Shown piece after piece: positions 60,474 through 64,000 of a DNA stretch of 64,000 bases. The translations under genes were made by a program, and so were the position numbers. A model generated the notes under the pieces. It searched no databases and was not told the DNA's origin. It worked only from the letters and a program-made list of their open reading frames with translations. Every line of letters begins with the position of its first letter. The first letter of the stretch is position 1. The DNA is from Paramecium tetraurelia (Eukaryota): positions 62,001-126,000 of the forward strand of contig CT868352.1 of the NCBI GenBank assembly GCA_000165425.1, written 5' to 3'.

Positions 60474-61586
60474 TCATATGCTCTTTCTTATTAAATTCCC
60501 TTTGTTTTTCTATAACTAATTTTCGACCTGTATCAAAATGATTTACATCCCTTTTTTCTTGTCCTTATAATTTAAGCAGGAAAACATATTGACTTCTCTA
60601 TCGACTTCTAATATCTTGTTTTGTTTTTTTCTCAATAGTGTTTAGATTTTAATTTTAAAAGCCTTAGAAATTGGACTCACATATAATAATATTACGATTC
60701 TTTAAAATTCATTAGATTTAATAATATACATTTACTCTCTAAAATTATCAATTTAATGTAAATTAAATATTATCTTTTCTAAAAAGCTCTTTATACTTTT
60801 CTAATTCTTGATAATCCATCCAAACGGTGAGGTTATATTTCTTTATGTTACTTTGAATATTGGTTTCCAATGATGATGTGTTTTATAAATTATGGGATTC
60901 TTCCCCTTATTAGAACTGCTGTTAATTTCCTTAACTTTATCCTATTGAAATTTAGCTAAATTCATTTAATTCGACTTAGTTTATATTATTATTTAGTGAT
61001 TATACTAGATCTTAGGCCTCAATATCATTATTTTGTTGTCCTTAATTTAGCCTTTATTCTAAATTCCTTATAACCTATGATTCAGTGATTTAACCTCCTC
61101 CAATTACTATACCTTATCCTTATCCTTATTAATTATTTTTATTAATTTGGATAAGATTATCCTATTGTGGTTAGAACTATTATTGTTACGGTTTATTATG
61201 GTTGACTTAATTATTAATCTAAGGTTCTCTCTGGAAATTCTAATCAATAATTACTCCTTTATTCACTAGAATAAAATTATTCAATACTTTTAGTTTATCC
61301 ATCCATGCCTTTATGAAAGACTAGAATTTTTGGATCAATTTAATTTTATTAGAGACACTTCTTGATAATTGTAGATCTTCCACTAATGAATTTATTAGTA
61401 TCCTTTATTTCTAAGCAGAACTGTTCACTCAAATTAAATTAACTAGAATCTCGAATGAAATCTATACTTATAATATGATGCTTCTTTAATCATTTCTGCA
61501 ATATTAATAAGTTCTGTGTTATCATCTAATATAGTAGTAAATGAGTCTTCTAAATCTTTAGAAATCATTTCTATAGTTACCTCCAT
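60474..61586 (-). CDS. Hypothetical protein with a ubiquitin-like-looking N-terminus and Q/N-rich linker (3' end uncertain)
   Basis: MEVTIEMISKDLEDSFTTILDD...; three tiny introns restore the frame. The terminal exon is ambiguous. Confidence 0.55.
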
Positions 61587-61727
61587 TTATATTAAATAAT
61601 TAATAATAAAAAAAGATTCATGATTGCAGTAGACATTTCTATGAGAATTGGAGCACCAATCGAGATCCAAATTCTAAGTTCTATAATATTAACGATATAT
61701 ATTAATTGATAATGCATTGTTTATAAT

Positions 61728-63344
61728 TCAAAGCTTTTCTTTTCTCTTTTTTTCCTCATAATTTACATAGGAGCCTCTATTCATTGCTTTAAGCGATGAA
61801 TAATTGTCCCATTCGCCGTTTCTTCCATCATTGTACTTACGCAATAGATAGACACCATTGGAAACAACCTATAGATATGAGAATAGAAATGAAAACCTTC
61901 TTTGCATCCTGAATTTCAACCATGTGATGAGTGTCTCTGTGTAGTTTCTTCAATAATGCAAGTTTTTCTTCATTGGGATTCAATTTCTCCTTATCTGCAA
62001 GATTAGGTGGGAAATCCAAAGGCATTTTAGTAATATCCTTCTTTTTGTATGTTTGATTGAGAGGTAAAATTCTATTGATTGTGTAGTGAATGCTTTCTGG
62101 GTTCTTTCTCATTTCAGGGGGTACTTTACAAACTAATTTAGGGTTTTTGAATCTATGAATTGGTTTATTGATGAGAATACTCATCCAAGCATTCATCCTG
62201 ATTCTTCTGTCTTCTAAGATGACATTCTAAAGATGATAAAATTTGAATCTATTATAATAATCTGTTTCTAATTCCTAAAACAGTAGTTGAATCATTTCCT
62301 TAGTGTAATGATTAGGTTCATTAAGATCAATGGTTTCAATCATGACATTAGCAGCATTACCCTTCTCACTATAAAGTAATTCTAAGATTTCTTATTTATT
62401 CATCTCTTTGGCTAAAGTGTTTAATTCTTGATCAGTCATAATATGCTACATATTCCTGCCTCCTTGTAAATGAGCGTAACCATTACAATGGAATTGGCAC
62501 TTTTCACACAATGACTAATAGATCTATTTAATGTCTTCTTCCTTCAATAGTCTAATAGGTGGTAATTGAACTCTTTATGGCAATTGTGTTTTAGTTGCTG
62601 TAGTTGGTTAGGGTCTGATTTTGATTCCTAATTTAGTTTATTCCGAGGCAATGAGTGATTCTCTGACACCTTCCAAATGCTCTTTTCCTACTAATGCACA
62701 TTCTCTGCATAGACATTGATCAACACTATGATAATTGACACATGGGCCATAAATAGCAAAGATGTCCAGTCTTTCTAATGCATTTGAATGTTCTAAATTG
62801 GGAGGGTAAAGAAATTTGAACAGGGTTTCTAAGGAGACTAACATTTTATCGAATTTGAAATCAGGTATTTTCTGAGGAATTGGGAATTTGAAAATGTCTC
62901 TTTCTTTGTTGGCAGAGAATGGATCATCGCTTCCATGAAATTCATTTTTAATTATTGATGTACCATATATTCCTCTTAAGGATTATGGATCTGCCTTTTT
63001 AGCCTCGATAGGATCTTTATTTCCAATCATCTTCTTCCATACCAAAATAGGATTTTCAGTTTCATGACATAAAAGAAACATTACACATTCTCCTGATAAC
63101 ATATATGTCATAATCTCATCCATATACTTTTGTTATTTGTAAAACAGATTCAGTACTTCTTCTCTGTAGAGTTCTCTCAATAGATAATTGTTAAACACTA
63201 TACTTGAACAAAGTTTTTAATTGTTAATCCAGCTGCTTCAATTTTATTAACCACTTCCTATACTACATTAGGTTTAAGAGTAGTGTCAGGTTTAATCAAT
63301 GCAAATGTATACGGCAAATTCTCTTGTTTTGGATCAAACAACAT
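61728..63344 (-). CDS. Group II nucleoside-diphosphate-kinase (NME5/7-like) domain protein with a long Cys-containing C-terminal extension
   Basis: YTFALIKPD, YMLSGEC, WKKMIGNKDP..AKKADPQSLRGIYGT..KNEFHGSD..ANKE, and later CLCREC and CEKCQFHC. First intron boundaries are ambiguous. Confidence 0.85.
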
Positions 63345-63380
63345 GAATTTATTATTTATATATATATATATTAATTACAC

Positions 63381-64000
63381 TCATTTGTATCTGGATTTAC
63401 GCAATCTCTCCACATGGATGTTAATAAATTGTTTAGGAGATAATTATTGTTGATGAGAAGAACACTGAGAAAAATATGATGATCCCTATTATATATTCCC
63501 TTCACTTCTTTCAGTTTTCAAAATATTCCTTAGACGATTGAAATTCGTTCCTAGTCTCGACTATAGAGGAGGAGGCTTCTGATTTTAGGGCATCAACTTA
63601 ATGTAGTGCGGAATCTAAATTGGAATAAGACAATTAGAATGTGTGATTGGAGGATTTAATTAGAAACGATGACTAAGGGAAATTTATCTGGTTGAATGAA
63701 ATCGAGTTATTTCAGAATCTAAATTGTTGTCTCTCTTCTTTGCCACTGGACAACAAAGTAAAAGAGATTCTGTGGCTTTTCTCCTCAACAAAATCTATTT
63801 CGATTATCTCTAGGCTTTCTGATCAGATTGCTCTGAACATGCCAATTTCAAATTATGAATCTCCAAGGTTGACATAAACTACTATGCACTCAATGTTCTA
63901 AGCACAGTCTCATTGCTTTTACAAATAGCTTTCTAGGTTCTCCGAATTCCTTTTAGTACTTCTTCCTCTCCGAAAATAGCTCCCTTTGTCATCAAAGAAA
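63381..64000 (-). CDS. Cyclic-nucleotide-binding-domain protein, 3' part (5' end outside the window)
   Basis: SLMTKGAIFGEEEVLKGIRRTQKAICKS (FGE..R motif), then a low-complexity tail ending RKSRYK*. Confidence 0.75.

Overview
This is gene-dense, AT-rich (roughly 28% GC by eye) ciliate macronuclear DNA, almost certainly Paramecium (aurelia-type). TAA and TAG read as Gln, TGA is the only stop, and genes carry tiny 20-33 nt GT..AG introns. The supplied standard-code ORF track is therefore fragmented and mostly misleading. Re-translating by hand with genetic code 6 gives about 39 protein-coding genes. They include five trichocyst matrix protein (TMP) precursor genes from different subfamilies, MCM7, RPL35A, RPS19, GCP6, an ABCG transporter, a CDPK, a USP4/15-like deubiquitinase, an ENTH protein, a Rab, a PX-WD40 protein, Erv2, a GMAP-210-like golgin, SF-assemblin, an ODF3-like protein and an NDK-domain protein. 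The most notable signal is a CpG-containing motif, AAAAACG(G/A)A, found 18-55 nt upstream of all five TMP start codons and of a small secreted Cys-rich peptide gene. It is a candidate trichocyst-regulon cis-element. Other observations: two degenerate alpha-kinase/coiled-coil paralogues, two unannotated-looking secreted disulfide-rich peptides, a His-less HPt-like protein with a CaaX box, an E2F-like site before MCM7, and +1 frameshifts in a T4-type TMP gene and in RPS19. All coordinates and translations were made by hand and may be off by a few bases.
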